Source of the DNA: Sarcophilus harrisii
Taxonomy: Eukaryota
Direction of reading: 5' to 3'
DNA length: 64,000 bases
Assembly: GCA_048593225.1 (NCBI GenBank)
Contig: CM109176.1
Coordinates: forward strand, 477,371,429 to 477,435,428
Position 1 is the first letter of the stretch. Each line of letters begins with the position of its first letter. The notes below the pieces were generated by a model. That model saw nothing but the letters and a program-made list of their open reading frames with translations, was not told the origin of the DNA and did not search any database. The position numbers and the translations under genes were made by a program. This document shows positions 24,413 to 37,335 of the stretch, in pieces.

Positions 24413-26419
24413 AAGCTAGCATTTATAGTACTTTAAGTTTTGTAATACTTTACAAATATCTCATTTTGTCCTTGCTAAATAATCTTTTAAGTAAGTGCTA
24501 TTATTATCTTCATTTTACAGATAAGGAAACTAAGGCAGACAGAAGTGATTTGGCCAGCATCACAAAACTTAAGTATCTCAAGGTAGATCAGAACTGACCC
24601 AAGATCCAGCATTCCATTATGCTAAAAAGCTACCAAATGCCAGGGCTTCTTGGGAAACACTCAAGAGATTTTCATTCTACTAGACTCTACTGTTTTTAAG
24701 ATCACCCACATGGTTGTTAAAAGAGCCAATCCTTGACAAAAGCATTCTTGTTAGACTAGTTGTCACACTTCTTTGACTATACTATGTGGAATCAAAAAAT
24801 AATTTCATATTTATTTCAGCAGTGATTTACTCTGCCATGTACCAACCTAAATATAGTAAATCTCAGGCAGCATTGTAAAAGATGGAAAAATTCGATCAAG
24901 ACAGTTTCATTGCATCTAGAACAGAACACAGATAACAAGGTAAATTTCTTTCTTGTAAAAGAATTTCAGGCTACAACTATCTGTGTCTTTATTCATGTTA
25001 TTTATCTTACTCATCCTTCTCCAGTATACTTTTAGAGGGGTAATTTTTTCCTATCAGATAGAATATTTGCACAGCTGAATAAAATATTTTACTTAGTGAG
25101 AAGACATGAGTCTAAACCTACCTTTGATCCTAAGAAGCCGTATATACTTAGTTAAATCTTCTGTGGTCCTTGGTTTCCTCATTTGAAAAATATAACAGTA
25201 GACTACTCATTATTTGCTTTCTAGTATATTTTGAGTTCAAAAATTATATGAACAACCTAACCAAACTTTGAAAGTAAATGAAATATTGATCTTTATTGAA
25301 CTAGGCACTTAATCAACAAAAACCAATTTGTTTCAAGTGAAAATAAGTTTTACTAATTTGGGGCACGTATAATTAAGACCCTTCCTGTATTTATGGTAAC
25401 CTATATTTATCTTCGTATAGCCTTCCTGTTTATAAAACATAAAAAAATAATTAATGGCAAAAAATGAGAACAAGAGGTAAGAGAATTGTTTGAAATTAAA
25501 AGCTGATAATAAAGCATCCTTGAAGATGACAATATAAAAGTCCAGCTACTTATTAAAAATACTGTTCCTAGGTTATCCTTTTCCTAAGTAGGCACATAAT
25601 CATGGCTTTTATGGTATCTATCCTCACAGCTAGTCTGTTGCTTTTCTCTTATATGGAAAACATTTTTGAAGTATCACAGAATAACATCAAAGAACGAACA
25701 AAGAGTATATCAAAGAGTATAAAAAAACATTTAAAAAGAAAATCCATCTGGATAAGATGCCCTGTAATGTATGTATATTAAATAAGGTTTGTATTTAGAT
25801 GATCTTCTCTACATTTGCCCACAGTAACATACATGTACTATCTAAATCTATATATATATATATATATATATATAGATAGATAGATAGATTCTACTTAATT
25901 TATAATAACTTAGTAACATCTGAAGAACTAGTATAATCAAAAGAACCCTGGGGGTTTGGAGTCAGAAGACCTCTTTAAAATCTCCTTTGGTGATTTTGGG
26001 CAAATCATAAGTAAAAGGGAATGGACTTTTGCAGGTCTGTTACACTGTTTCTAAAGCCTATGATCTTATAACGAAATAAATTAGTAAGAGATGAATCATA
26101 ATTGTCATGATTCACATGGAGTTGTTTTTAAAAAGCATTTAGTGATGGAAGTATTCATAGATTTTTCTCTTGCTGAGAGTTTATTATAATCTGCATGCTT
26201 ATAGATTCTTAATATTTATAAATGTCATCTACTTTAGAATATATTAATAGTCATCTGAAAAATACAAAGCTCAATACTGATTCACAGACCACTACATAGC
26301 ATTTCCAATCCCTCTGTTTTTGTCCGCTTGCATTTTTGACTTCCTTCACAGGTTAACTGTTATTATTTCAAAGTCCAATTCTTCTTGTGCAGCAAAATAA
26401 CTATGGCTATGTATACATG

Positions 26420-26580
26420 TATTGTATTTAACATATACTTTAACATATTTAACATTTATTGGTCTACCTGCCATCTGGGGGAGGTAGTGAGGGAAAAGAG
26501 GGGAAAAATTGGAACAAAAGCTTTGGCAATTGTCAATGCTGAAAAAAAATTACCCATGCATATATCTTGTAAATAAAAAG
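26420..26580 (+). repeat. LINE 3'-tail repeat family, copy 2.
   Basis: ggtctacctgccatctgggggaggtagtgagggaaaagaggggaaaaattggaacaaaagctttggcaattgtcaatgctgaaaaaaaattacccatgcatatatcttgtaaataaaaag. It aligns to 19640-19795 and 47917-48067. Confidence 0.6.
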
Positions 26581-27279
26581 GTATATATTAAAAAAAATAC
26601 TGATTCACAGAATCTCTTTGAAGAAATTTCCAAATCTGAGTCTAATCTGTACTTGAACAAGAATACATATTACAACATAACATGAGTGATGATTCTATAT
26701 ATGTGCTAGTTAGCATGGAGCTATCCAAGAAGGAGTAGCCCACTGCTCAAGGCAACCCATTCCACCTCTGAATCATTCTAATTGTTGGTAAGCTTTTCCT
26801 GACCTTAATCCTAAATTTGGCTCTTTGAAACTTCCATCCATTTGCTCTTATCAAGCAAAAAAAGGCTAATTTTTCTAAAACTAGTAAGGCTACTTTCTGT
26901 TTTCTCATCTAAGATACTGATACTAGAGACAAGAACTAGAAGCTAGGTCTTCTGGTCCAGTGCTTATTCCCACATCTCACAGCACATGATATCGAGATGA
27001 AATATATGAAGTCTTAACTTATTGTGCAGATGCTACTAACAAAGAAAAAATCCAGAGTCACAGACTTGGATCTTCAAGAGATTCTTTTCAAGTTTAGCCC
27101 TTTCAATCTTATATATCAATATTCTATAATATTTCCTTTCAGCTCCAGACACATAAGTCTTTTACCTCCCATGTACACTATGCTTATTTTTGTGACTAAA
27201 TCCTTATTAATAAGGACAAATTATTCTACTAATATTTATAGATATGCCTGGCATATATAGCTTCTAGTAATGATTTCTT

Positions 27280-27311
<32 letters not shown>

Positions 27312-27313
<2 letters not shown>

Positions 27314-27612
27314 AACCAGGGTTAAGTGCCCAGGATTACACAGCTTGCAAATGTCAACTATCTAAAGCAGAATTTGAACTCAGGTCTTCCTCCCAAAGCC
27401 AGTGCTCTATCCATTGCACTATCTAGCTGCCCCAGAACGTTTTGGGGGGTGGGGTGGGGAGGGAAAAGGGGTTGTGAAGGGTAAGGGAAGAGACAAGTAA
27501 GGTTAAGTGACCTAGGGTCACACAGCTAGTGTCTGAAATCATATTTGGATTCAGGTCCTCCTTATTCCAATGTTAGTATTTCTATCCACTGTACAACCTA
27601 GCTGCTCTTTAC
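27312..27612 (-). mobile_element. Two adjacent tRNA-derived SINE copies in reverse orientation (27312-27432 and 27440-27612), preceded by an A27 run at 27285-27311.
   Basis: The first copy ends gtgctctatccattgcactatctagctgcccc. The second ends gtatttctatccactgtacaacctagctgc. Confidence 0.7.
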
Positions 27613-28150
27613 AGCTTCTACTCAAACTCTACTCAGATATCAACAAACTCAGAACGTTGGTAATTTTGAGTTTACAAAAGCATTCTACCAGAACACATTC
27701 TCCAGGAGGTTCTACCAAGTTGGAAAAGTCCCAAGTAGGGAGTCTGGTGATGAACTATATATCTGTTGTCTAAAAACCAGGTTACTTAATTTTGGAGAAA
27801 TATTTAATACTATGTGCTGAGAACTTTGTTGTTCCCCAACCCAGAATCTACCTTTTCCTCAATTCTTCCTAAACTTTATGATTTATCTCAAGTCCCACCT
27901 ACTTTTTGAATCTTTAACTACACTTATTTTTCCCTTTGTTGACATCCCTTAGCATTTATCATGTAGATTAAAGGTTCTGGCCTAACATAATATATGTGGT
28001 CTTTCTCTCTAGGGAGTCTCAGATGTGAAAGCTTCATTTAGCCACACAAAAAATAAACTATAAACTAATGCATCATATTTTTTTTGTTTGTTTCTCTCAC
28101 ATAGCATTAGCACCATGCTGATATAAAAACAAAAAGACAAAAAATTTAAA

Positions 28151-28153
28151 GAG

Positions 28154-28188
<35 letters not shown>

Positions 28189-28205
28189 CGCGTGTGCGCG
28201 CACAT
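28151..28205. repeat. (GT)n microsatellite of about 28 bp running into an alternating CG/CA tract (acgcgcgtgtgcgcgcacatgc).
   Basis: gtgtgtgtgtgtgtgtgtgtgtgtgtgtacgcgcgtgtgcgcgcacatgc. About 55 bp of uninterrupted purine-pyrimidine alternation is the classic Z-DNA-forming composition. Confidence 0.85.
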
Positions 28206-30134
28206 GCAGTGTTCTAATGAAAACATATACTGAGATAGGAAGAGAAAATTAGAAAGAAAGCAACAACCTGACAGTACAAATAAGGAATATGAACCAAATC
28301 CAAAGTCAAAATATAGAAATAAAATTTTGGTTCTAAAAGTGAGGTTAAAGTAATCTACCAAAAGAAAAAAAAAAAGAAAACTCTTTCATGTTACAGATGA
28401 ATTAATAAGACTTAGCAATGTAAAGTGACTTATCCAAAGTTACAACGATAAGCTGCAGAGAGAGGATTTCAATCAATCAACCATCAAGGCTTTATCAAGC
28501 TCCTACTGTGTAACAAACACTTTGTTAAGCTCTGGGAATATAAAAACAAAACTTTAAAACACTCATTGCCCTCAAGGATTTAACAGTCTAATGGGAGAGA
28601 TCACATATGATATACAGTGTGTATACATATTATATATTTGCAGTTTGGAGAGAGTGTGTTGGCAATTCTGGGATCAGAAAACACCTTATGTAAAATGACT
28701 GACTCCAAATCAAAGACTACTTTTACTCTACCACACCACATCATACCAGCGCTTAAGATAGATGATTCTCAATGATAAATATAAGAACAGACTAAAAGAT
28801 ATTATGTGAATATGGAAACCTGTTTTGCATAATTTCACATGTACAATTAATAGCCCATGTCTTCCTTCTCAGTGGGAGGGAGAAGGAAGGGAAAGAAAAA
28901 ATTTGGAACTCAAAAAAATTTTTTTAAATGAAATGTAAAAACAAAGTTACTTTTAAAAATAAAAATAAAATGAATGTGACCATCAAAAAAGTTAAAAACT
29001 TAATAATCAACTCTATGAAATCCCACCACAATGCCTATATATTAAGAGTATGTGAAGACAAAAAGAAAACTTCTATATACACCAAAATTTTTGCGACTTC
29101 ATTTTTATTAAGTGTTTTTTCTCTCCCTTCCACCCCTTTCCCCCTCCCCCAATTAGGAGAAAGTGGGGGGAAGAGAGGATCATAGCAATATGATTGCCAA
29201 AAAGGAAAAGAGCATCACTGAAGCATTTTTTTCATGTGCAGAGAGGAAGAAACACAGGAAAGGAGGACAGCTCTAGAAGTATTCACATATTAGATTTGCC
29301 TGCTGCACAAGACAGAGGGAATCAGTTTCACATACAGTTCTTTCTTTCTGTTCTAATCTACATATGGAATTTCCTGTCTGAGCTGGTGTTTGTTAAGAAT
29401 AGGAAAAAAAAAGTCACAGCGGTCCTCCTGGTGATATAGAATTGAAATTAAAGAAGATGTCCAAAAACAGGGAATCTGCTAAGCAAACTGTGGTATACAC
29501 AATGGAATATTATTATAACAAACAATGAATATGCAGAATTCAGAGAAGCCTGGGAAAACATATAAATTGATGCAAAGCATAGCTAGGGAAATAATATACC
29601 AAAAAACTGCTAAATATAAAAGAAAAGGGAAAAAACTCTGAAAATGAGCACCATTTAAAATATAATGACCAAGTTTCACCTGGATGAAGAGTTAAGAAAA
29701 ATTAATCTTCCCTTTTTACCAGAGGTGAGGGACTATGGGAATGGAACACTGAATATATTTTCAAATCAGCTAGATGCAATGATATATTATTGAATTGCTT
29801 TTCTCTCATCCTGAATGTTTTATTCTTGGTTATAAAGGATGACTTGCTGCATAGGGAAGGGGGAAAGGATATGATACAAAAACCATTACTGATAAAATTT
29901 TCTCTATAACACCTCTCTAGATTAATCCTAGATTTACCTCCACAAATTCTAACTTTCATTTCATCAACTTCCTTATTGCTTGTATGTAAAATATTATTAT
30001 GGATGTTAATTTTTATTATACTTTTATTTCTGTTCTTTCTGTCTTAGAGATCTTTCTTGTCTTTTTGTTCTCTTTTTATTCTAATATCTAATTTCTATTA
30101 ATAAACATAATCTACTATGTGAAAAAAGTATTAC

Positions 30135-30221
30135 CTTCATTAATGCAGTTTCTCCATTACTCTGCTGAACATTCACAAAAGCTCCAGCTTCCAAAAGAAT
30201 AGCCACCGTAGTTAGAAAGTT
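30135..30221 (-). CDS. MPHOSPH8: MPHOSPH8 exon 9, 87 nt, ankyrin repeat: NFLTTVAILLEAGAFVNVQQSNGETALMK.
   Basis: Acceptor ttctcttttcaaag|AACTTTCTAAC and donor ATGAAG|gtaatac. It is identical to the human segment apart from possible conservative changes. Confidence 0.88.
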
Positions 30222-30692
30222 CTTTGAAAAGAGAAAGTCAAATCGAAATCCCAAAGCCATTATTTTTGTACTTAATAGTAAAAAAAAAAAATTATAATTT
30301 CATTATTTGGCAATAATATGAAATAAATCCCAAGCAATCATCTGTTATTCATAACAGCTTCATTTATGATTTTATTTTTATGTATAAAATATGCTAGTTT
30401 CTAATGGACAGATTTATCTTAAGTAATACCATGGCTTCTTTTGGGAGATATTCTGAGTATTTCATTAACTGCTCCACAAAAAGTCCTTAGTTTGTAAGAT
30501 GCATTACAAACAAATATGAACTAGATCATTATTAGGAGACTAAGTAGCTGTCATTTTAATACAGAGCAGAAAGATACATGTGACTGACATTTTGGGAATA
30601 CTCTTATAAAAGAAACTTCTTCCTGGATCCAATAGCAATCAATCTTTACAAAGATTACTAAATTTAATCCACTGCATTAAAAAGTAACTAAC

Positions 30693-30833
30693 CTTCTCAG
30701 CTGCGTGAATGAGAGCAGTGGTTCCATTTTTTTGTCTACCATTAACTTTAGCTCCTTTCTTGATAAGGAGCCTGAGTAGGTCATCTTGTCCTCCTGCTGC
30801 TGCAAGCATCACCAGTGTCATTCCACTAGAGTC
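30693..30833 (-). CDS. MPHOSPH8: MPHOSPH8 exon 8, 141 nt, the first ankyrin repeat: DSSGMTLVMLAAAGGQDDLLRLLIKKGAKVNGRQKNGTTALIHAAEK.
   Basis: Donor GCTGAGAAG|gttagt. The acceptor ...ttctcctttaaaaataaag|GACTCTAGTGGAATG is weak (A-rich, with the pyrimidine tract further upstream), but the frame and the human alignment (DSSGMTLVMLAAAGGQDDLLRLLITKGAKVNGRQKNGTTALIHAAEK) fit exactly. It contains minus-strand ORF 30639..30821. Confidence 0.82.
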
Positions 30834-31299
30834 CTTTATTTTTAAAGGAGAAGAAGTGTTAAACTTTAATAAGGAACTTTTTAAAAATAAAGGCTTTAGA
30901 GATGAGTTATAAATTCAATTTAAAACAAGAAACTTCAATGATTATTTATTAAGTCAAGTGAATGAGTCCTGGTTATTCTGTTGTGTCTAACTCTTCATAA
31001 CCCTATTTATCTCCTCATATTTGAATGTAAGCAGTTTATCAGCACTGTTCATTTATGTTTACTTTTTCACATTTCTCTTCAATCCTGTCTTTGAACTTCA
31101 AAGTTTCTCCATGACTCAGGAATGCGTGGAAATGCTCAATTTCATTAAAGTTCCATTTTCCCCCTTCCACTGCTTAATACCTCAGTTTTGTTAAGTAAGT
31201 TATTCTTGGCTGTAAACCTATATCTTTTGTTTTCTATTTTATTTCTGTTCTAAGTTCTTTGCTCCTTTACAGAGTGCCTGCTACCCTGTATGTGATTCT

Positions 31300-32560
31300 G
31301 TCTGTGTATGGTTTCTTGGTATTTTAAATAAATTCTTTCAGAATGCTACCTGCAGCATACTTTCCTTGGCCTGGAAACTCCAGATTTTGACTACAATGTT
31401 ACTGGGAGGTTTCATTTTGGAGTTGCTTTTTAGGAAGTACTAGTAGAGTCTTTCTTCTACTTTATCATCTCTTAAGTTTTCTTGAAATAGGATGTCTAGG
31501 TTCTCTTTTGAGTAATGATGTTCAGGGAGTTTACTGACTCTTAATTTTTTCCTCCTCTGATCTGATTTTCAGATCACTTTTTTTTTTTTTTGTGCTTGCT
31601 ATGAGATACCTTATTTATTTATTTATTTATTAATGATTTCAAGCTTTTGACTTTATTTCTTATTGCCTTAACATTGGTTTCTTTTTGGTCTACTCCACTC
31701 TTCAGAGAGTTTGTTGCTAGAGCCAAGTTTTCTACCTCCACCAGGTTGTTAATTCCAATTTCAATCCTTTCTTCCAAAGTTCTTTTTCTCCCCTTTTTTC
31801 CCCCTTAGAACTCTCATGACACTTATAAAAATATTTTAAATTCCTGCTTTACTTCTTTGAGAAATTTCTGAATTTGTGTCCAAGCTTTGTTTTTCTTTGG
31901 GACTTTGTCTGCAGATGTTTTGGAGTCATTCTTTTCTTCTGTATTTGTTTCTTGAACATCCCTACTACTATAAGTGAATAGCTCACTACAGTAGTGAAGT
32001 TCTTTTTTTTGTTTGCCTACTCTTCCAGCCTATTCCTTGACTTTGGGATATAATATTAGAGCTGGGCCCTCTGGCACTTTTAGAGGATGTTTCTGGGCTG
32101 ATCCTGCTGTTGAATTCTTGAGATACTGGATAGTGTGTCAATTCAGGGACAAGCTAGAGACATGCAAGCTTTCAGTATTCGCAGAATGATCTAATCCAAG
32201 ACAGACTGATTGCTGCTTCCCTGGTCTGAATTCTGCAAATTTCTGACTTGAGTTTCAGTCTGGGCAAAAGTAGACTGCTACTGGATCTGCCCCTATCAGC
32301 CACCTGAGGAGGTTTACTGGTTCAGAGTGACAGAACTGTGGGTTCCCTGCCCTAGTTGTTCTTCTGCAGGCTTCATACTACTCCAGAAACTGAAAATGAC
32401 ACCCTGGTTCTGCAAGTTCTAAAATCTGAGTCACATAATTACTGCTTACTCTTTTTCAAGTAAACTGCTTAGGGTAGGCAACTGCTCCTTACCCCCAAAT
32501 ATCACTCATACACAGGTTTGCAATCCAGGACCTGTAAATGGATATTTGGCAACAAAATCT
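31300..32560 (-). mobile_element. LINE-1-like antisense fragment (31300-32060), followed by a further interspersed repeat that has homology to 21800-22600 and 39100-39480.
   Basis: The agttgctttttaggaagtactagtagagtctttcttctactttatcatctc block matches the 39890-40900 copy. The downstream part, ctgggccctctggcac...ctgattgctgcttccctggtctgaattctgcaaatttctgacttgagtttcagtctgggcaa, recurs at 39170-39330. Confidence 0.45.
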
Positions 32561-33419
32561 TCCAGTTGGCCAACCTGTTCTTACCATTGGGCCCCACTAT
32601 GGCTTTGGTACTTCTTATCCTGTTGCACAGCTTCTCCTTTCCAGTGAAATTTTCCTTTCTCCAGTGCGCTGCCATAGACTAGAAAAATGCCTCACTGTGA
32701 CTTTTTATTTTCTTTTCCCATGAGGATTTGGCCCAGGATTTCCCATCAGGAGCAGATCCCATCAGAATCTAAAAACTGCGTTTTTACATATTTTTAGAGA
32801 AATCTGGTAAAAGTCTGCATTACTTCTTTCCTACTACTCTCTGCCATTCTGGATCCATCTTTGACTAAGGAGTTTAGATTAAAAAGAATTCTTTTGAAAA
32901 TGTCGATAGCTAACTGCTAAATGGGTGAGCTTTTCTTCTGAGTGGCTAGTGTAAGTTTTTATGTTCTAGCAAATTTTACTTTGTGAATTGTTTGTCATAT
33001 ATGTAACTGCTGCATTTTAGATATACCTAATTTCTTAATTTTTGGGAAAAACATTTTTGCTTGAGGTATTCTAAATGAGGTAATCTAAATAAAAATGAGA
33101 AAGTGTAAGTGCATAATGTTCTGATAGGTACCAAAAAAAAAAAAAAGAGGAAACAAAATTAACTAAATCTGAAACGGAAAAAAAAAATCAAAGTTCTGAC
33201 AAAAAGGAGAAAGTTTAGTTGAAAAGGTTGCTTTAGGTAGAAATAATGTAGCCCAAATACTGAGATTTATTGTAATAAGGAAGAAAGAAAAACTGTTAGA
33301 AAGGCCATGAGACAAACATCATTTTAAAGAATACTGGTAACTGTCTCTGATGTCACACATTAACTAGTTTATAGAAGATACATTTCAATAAAATTTTCAT
33401 AAGAATACCATATTCTAAC

Positions 33420-33508
33420 CTCTTGATCCAAATTGTAGTCCTCATTTGAATTAAGTGCAATTTTCACTGTCACGTAGTCTCCATTTTTCACTGCATCTCT
33501 CAGTAAGT
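33420..33508 (-). CDS. MPHOSPH8: MPHOSPH8 exon 7, 89 nt: (N)LLRDAVKNGDYVTVKIALNSNEDYNLDQE.
   Basis: Acceptor ttccttctttag|ACTTACTGAGAGATGCAGTG and donor CAAGAG|gttagaata. Human MPP8 has VLRDAVKNGDYITVKVALNSNEEYNLDQE. Confidence 0.8.
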
Positions 33509-33616
33509 CTAAAGAAGGAAAAAAAAGTCAATTTTACCAATTCTAATATCTGGATTTTTTATATTACCAAATGGATTTCTTGAATGATATGTAACAATTT
33601 CAAAAGTACTTACTAC

Positions 33617-33736
33617 TTGGTATAGCATCCGCTGTTGTAAAAGTCTCATCTTCCCCATTAAGATGCTTTTGAAAATCTTCTAATTTCATCCATTCCAGCT
33701 GCAAATCCATTCCCAAACTCAAAACTTGCTGCCTGT
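33617..33736 (-). CDS. MPHOSPH8: MPHOSPH8 exon 6, 120 nt: (D)RQQVLSLGMDLQLEWMKLEDFQKHLNGEDETFTTADAIP(N).
   Basis: Acceptor atatataacag|ACAGGCAGCAAG. The best available donor is CCAA|gtagtaagtac, which has the GT but only a weak consensus, so the 3' end could be a few nt off. Human MPP8 has DGRQQILSLGMDLQLEWMKLEDFQKHLDGKDENFAATDAIPSN. Confidence 0.75.
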
Positions 33737-35224
33737 CTGTTATATATGCAGATGACTTATTATCTTTTTAAAGATGATCATAATATCACAGATATTCCTA
33801 TTTTTCCATCTTTCTCCATCTTATGTAGAAACTAAGAACTAAGTCACAAAGTAAAATATCTATATCTATACAGATCTATCACATACTAAAAAATTCTGTT
33901 TTACTTACTTTTACTGACTTACTTTAAAATAAAAACTTACTTTTATTGGTTCCTTTACTTAAAATAAAAATCAAAAAAGTAAGTTTTCCTTTGAACACAG
34001 AATTATCTGAATCTCAACTTTGCCATTTAGCACTTGGGTGACACCTTGGGCAAATGACTAAAATTTGTGGACCTCAATTTTCTCATCTGAAAAAGAAAGG
34101 ACTGAACTAGATGGCTAAATTTCCTTTCTAGCTTTAAATCTACAACCCTATAATATTGTAATATTTAAATGTAACAGTTTCAGCAAATTGTTAGCAGCAT
34201 TGATACTTGATTAGGTTGGGAAAAGGAATAAACTATAGGATAGCCTCAAATAATTCGGTTAATAATAATAGTGCTTTTTGAAATTATTTTACCTAGTTAT
34301 TAAAATATGAAAATGGCAATTCTTGAAACTATGAGATTTAATAAGTTGACTTTTCCTCCCAATTAACAACAATGCAACATAACCAGTAGTTTTTGGCCAC
34401 AAAAAATTTGAGATTTGTAGAAATTTGTACTTAAGATAATAAAGGAACTTTTCCTAATGAATTTTCTAATAAACAAAAACTCATAACTGTTAACCATTAA
34501 GATTTTCTAATGAGAAGTCCTTTATTAGTCATCCTTATCTTTTACTATACAAGAGCTCAGATTTTTTTTTTTCTGAATAGCTAGATAACTTGGCTCCCCA
34601 ATCTTTGCATGTGGCTCATGTACCTGCCTAAGTCTTCTCTGCTGCTGCTTTTCTTACCATTTCGAATGTCTTTACATCAACTGCATACCAAGTCTCTCTC
34701 CTTCTTACTTTAAAATATAGAATTTCTTATCTTCCATAAACTTTTCCTTGATTAACCCTACTAGTAGTTTTAATGCATTCTGGCAATATTACAGCTTTTA
34801 TAACTGTGACGAGTTATGAATGTATTTGTTTGTAATAGTATTGTATAGTCAAACTTTTATTTCTGCCTTCAGCCTCCCAAATTTGTTTCTTTTGTTAGTT
34901 TCTAAATTTAATGAACATGTGCTTATTTAATTCTTGTCCATTAGCTGAGTCAGAGAGTTTAGGATGTTTTCCTTCTTCAACTTAAATTATTGGTTTATAT
35001 TTTAAGATAGGTCTTAGTCTATCCTACCTTCTAGACTTTAGATAGAAATTAAAATGAAAGAGAAAACTAGAAAATGTAGGGTGGGGGGGGGGACTCCAAA
35101 AACTTTTATCTTCTTTTTTCTAAGTACCCTACACAAATGATAAGATTTATAAAATAATAACAATATTAACTTGGTTGGCTTTTGATAGACTTGTAATTTA
35201 TGACTCATTTTTCATCATACTTAC

Positions 35225-35464
35225 CAGAATTTTCATCCATTTGACACACATTGTCTAATACTTCTTGATCACCTTCTGCAGCTATATAAGCCCATGTATC
35301 AGTTTCATCCCTTGTACTTCTTCTCTCTTTGTATAACTGTTTATTTTCCTTAGTTCTATAGTCTTCAGTAAATGTTTCTTCTCTTTTCCGATTATTCTCT
35401 GAATAGTCTTTTTCTTCTGGTGTTAATGTAAATAAATCAAATGCATTCCTCATTTCTTTATATG
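35225..35464 (-). CDS. MPHOSPH8: MPHOSPH8 exon 5, 240 nt, phase 1 in and phase 1 out: (T)YKEMRNAFDLFTLTPEEKDYSENNRKREETFTEDYRTKENKQLYKERRSTRDETDTWAYIAAEGDQEVLDNVCQMDENS(D).
   Basis: Acceptor ttattattaccag|CATATAAAGAAATG and donor AATTCTG|gtaagtat. It lies inside minus-strand ORF 35205..35453 and matches human EIRNAFDLFKLTPEEK...DETDTWAYIAAEGDQEVLDSVCQADENSD. Confidence 0.88.
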
Positions 35465-36184
35465 CTGGTAATAATAAAGAGTTTTATAACATTAAATTAC
35501 AAATGCTTGTTGCAAACAAATAATAAAATCCTGTCTTATGGATGCATTAAGAAAAACTGCTGTTTCTACTTGCTAATACAAATGACTGTGATAAAGAAGT
35601 ACCCAAATTCATTACCATAATCGCCAAACAATTTCAGTGTATCATTTTTATTGGTTATCCAATATCCAATAAAGTTCATGATGGTAATTGGCTCTGCTCC
35701 TCTACCTTCCGTGACCACCTCCTCCTGCCACCAAAGGACTCTGGACTCATATGGACTAAGTTTCATCATAGAACTTGACCTTAAATGCAAAATCTCTCTT
35801 TTTTTAGTTTACTGCCCCAACTTGGATTAATTCTGACTTCTAAAATAAAACTTTCTCATAACTCATGTCTAGGATGTCCCCAGAAACCACAAAGGCATTT
35901 ATTTTATAAATAATATGATTAATGAGTACAGAATAGTCTTTATTTTACCCTATAGAAAATGTAAAGGATGCTAACCAAAGCCTCAAAGGAACCCATGAAT
36001 AAACACTGAAGCAAAAAAGAAAATGTAATCCACCATAATTTCTTAGAAAGTACAGATACCTAGCTCTATTTTTTAGCACTATGAAGAATAGGAGTCAATT
36101 TGTCTTAAAAAGGATAATTTATAGTAAACATTCAAAAAATAATATATGTTAATAATCACATAAAATTCAATTATTTATACTCAC

Positions 36185-36284
36185 TCTTTATTCCCTTTTG
36201 CTCTTTTTTCCCTTTTTCTTCCTTGTCAGAATCATACCTTTTCTGATATTTTTCTTTTACTTCATTTTTCCTTGTTTCTTTCTC
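36185..36284 (-). CDS. MPHOSPH8: MPHOSPH8 exon 4, 100 nt, ending in phase 1: EKETRKNEVKEKYQKRYDSDKEEKGKKEQKGIK plus the first base of a Thr codon.
   Basis: Acceptor tttcattgttag|GAGAAAGAA and donor AAAGA|gtgagtat. It is continuous with exon 3 (STDSIGE|EKETRKNE against human STDSAEEDKETKRNE) and with exon 5 (GIK|TYKEMRNAFD against human GLKTLKEIRNAFD). Confidence 0.85.
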
Positions 36285-37189
36285 CTAACAATGAAAGCAT
36301 GATACAAATGAATTAGAAACTGACAATATTTATTAAACAAGGTCCTTTAAACAGTGTAAAACATGGCTCCAAGGCCAAGGAGTCTATTTTCCTATGATAA
36401 AATTACAAAATCTTATAATTTTTTTCCTTATATCCCTACAACTCTGGACTATCCTAACATTGTTTATAGGTAAAAAAGACATACTCATAACATTAAATAA
36501 CAATGTTTAATCACATATCCCATCAGATTACAAAGATGGGAAAACAATGTAGGGATTCCAGCAAAACAGGAATGCACTAAAAGCAGTTGGTTTTCATAAT
36601 CAATACTTTTTCTGCTTTTTTTCTGTATGAAAAAATGTTTATCAGTGTTTATTGACAATAAGAAAAGTGAAATATTTTCAAAAATACAACCATGCTAATT
36701 TCCTGCTATTAGAGTGAGAAATTATTCAGAACTGCTGAAGAAAAGTTAGAATTTAATTTATATGCTGACCTAGACATTTCACTATTACTGCTCTACACCT
36801 AAAGATAGTTATAGACAGTAGGAAAAAATCCATATGTAAAAAACTATTCATAGCAGAGTTACTTGTGATAAGAAAAAATTTGGAAAGAAATAATGTGCCC
36901 AACAACTGAAGAATTGGATAAGTCAAATCATGATATATATAAATGTACAAGAATATTATCACATCCTAATTTACAAGCATGAAGAATTCAGAAAACATGT
37001 GAATGCTATTACATCAAAGTTGAAGGACATATCCCTTTCTGTTAATAAAGGAACTGGTTTTCAGTAAATGAACTTTGCAGGTGTGTGTTTGGATGTTTAT
37101 TAATAATAGCATTTATATATCCCTTAAAAGCTTGCCAAATGCTTTACAACTATTTCTTCATTTTATCTTCTTCATAATTCTGGGAAGTA

Positions 37190-37335
37190 AGTACTATTAT
37201 TATCCCCATTTTACAGGAAACTGAGGCAAATAGAGATTCAGTGACTTGCTCAGTCATATAGTTAGTAATTGTCGGAGGCCAGATATGAACTAAGTACTTC
37301 TGATTGGAGAGCCAGCGCTTTATTCACTACACCAT
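37190..37335 (-). mobile_element. tRNA-derived SINE, reverse orientation.
   Basis: ccccattttacaggaaactgaggcaaatagagattcagtgacttgctcagtcatatagttagtaattgtcggaggccagatatgaactaagtacttctgattggagagccagcgctttattcactacaccatctcac. Confidence 0.6.

Noticed and set aside
35566-35790. A 74 aa minus-strand ORF in intron 4 (SPYESRVLWWQEEVVTEGRGAEPITIMNFIGYW...) that might be a cassette exon.
   Set aside because: Exon 4 joins exon 5 directly with a perfect match to the human protein (KGIK|TYKEMRNAFD). The ORF has no flanking AG/GT sites in the right phase, and no MPP8 segment is missing.
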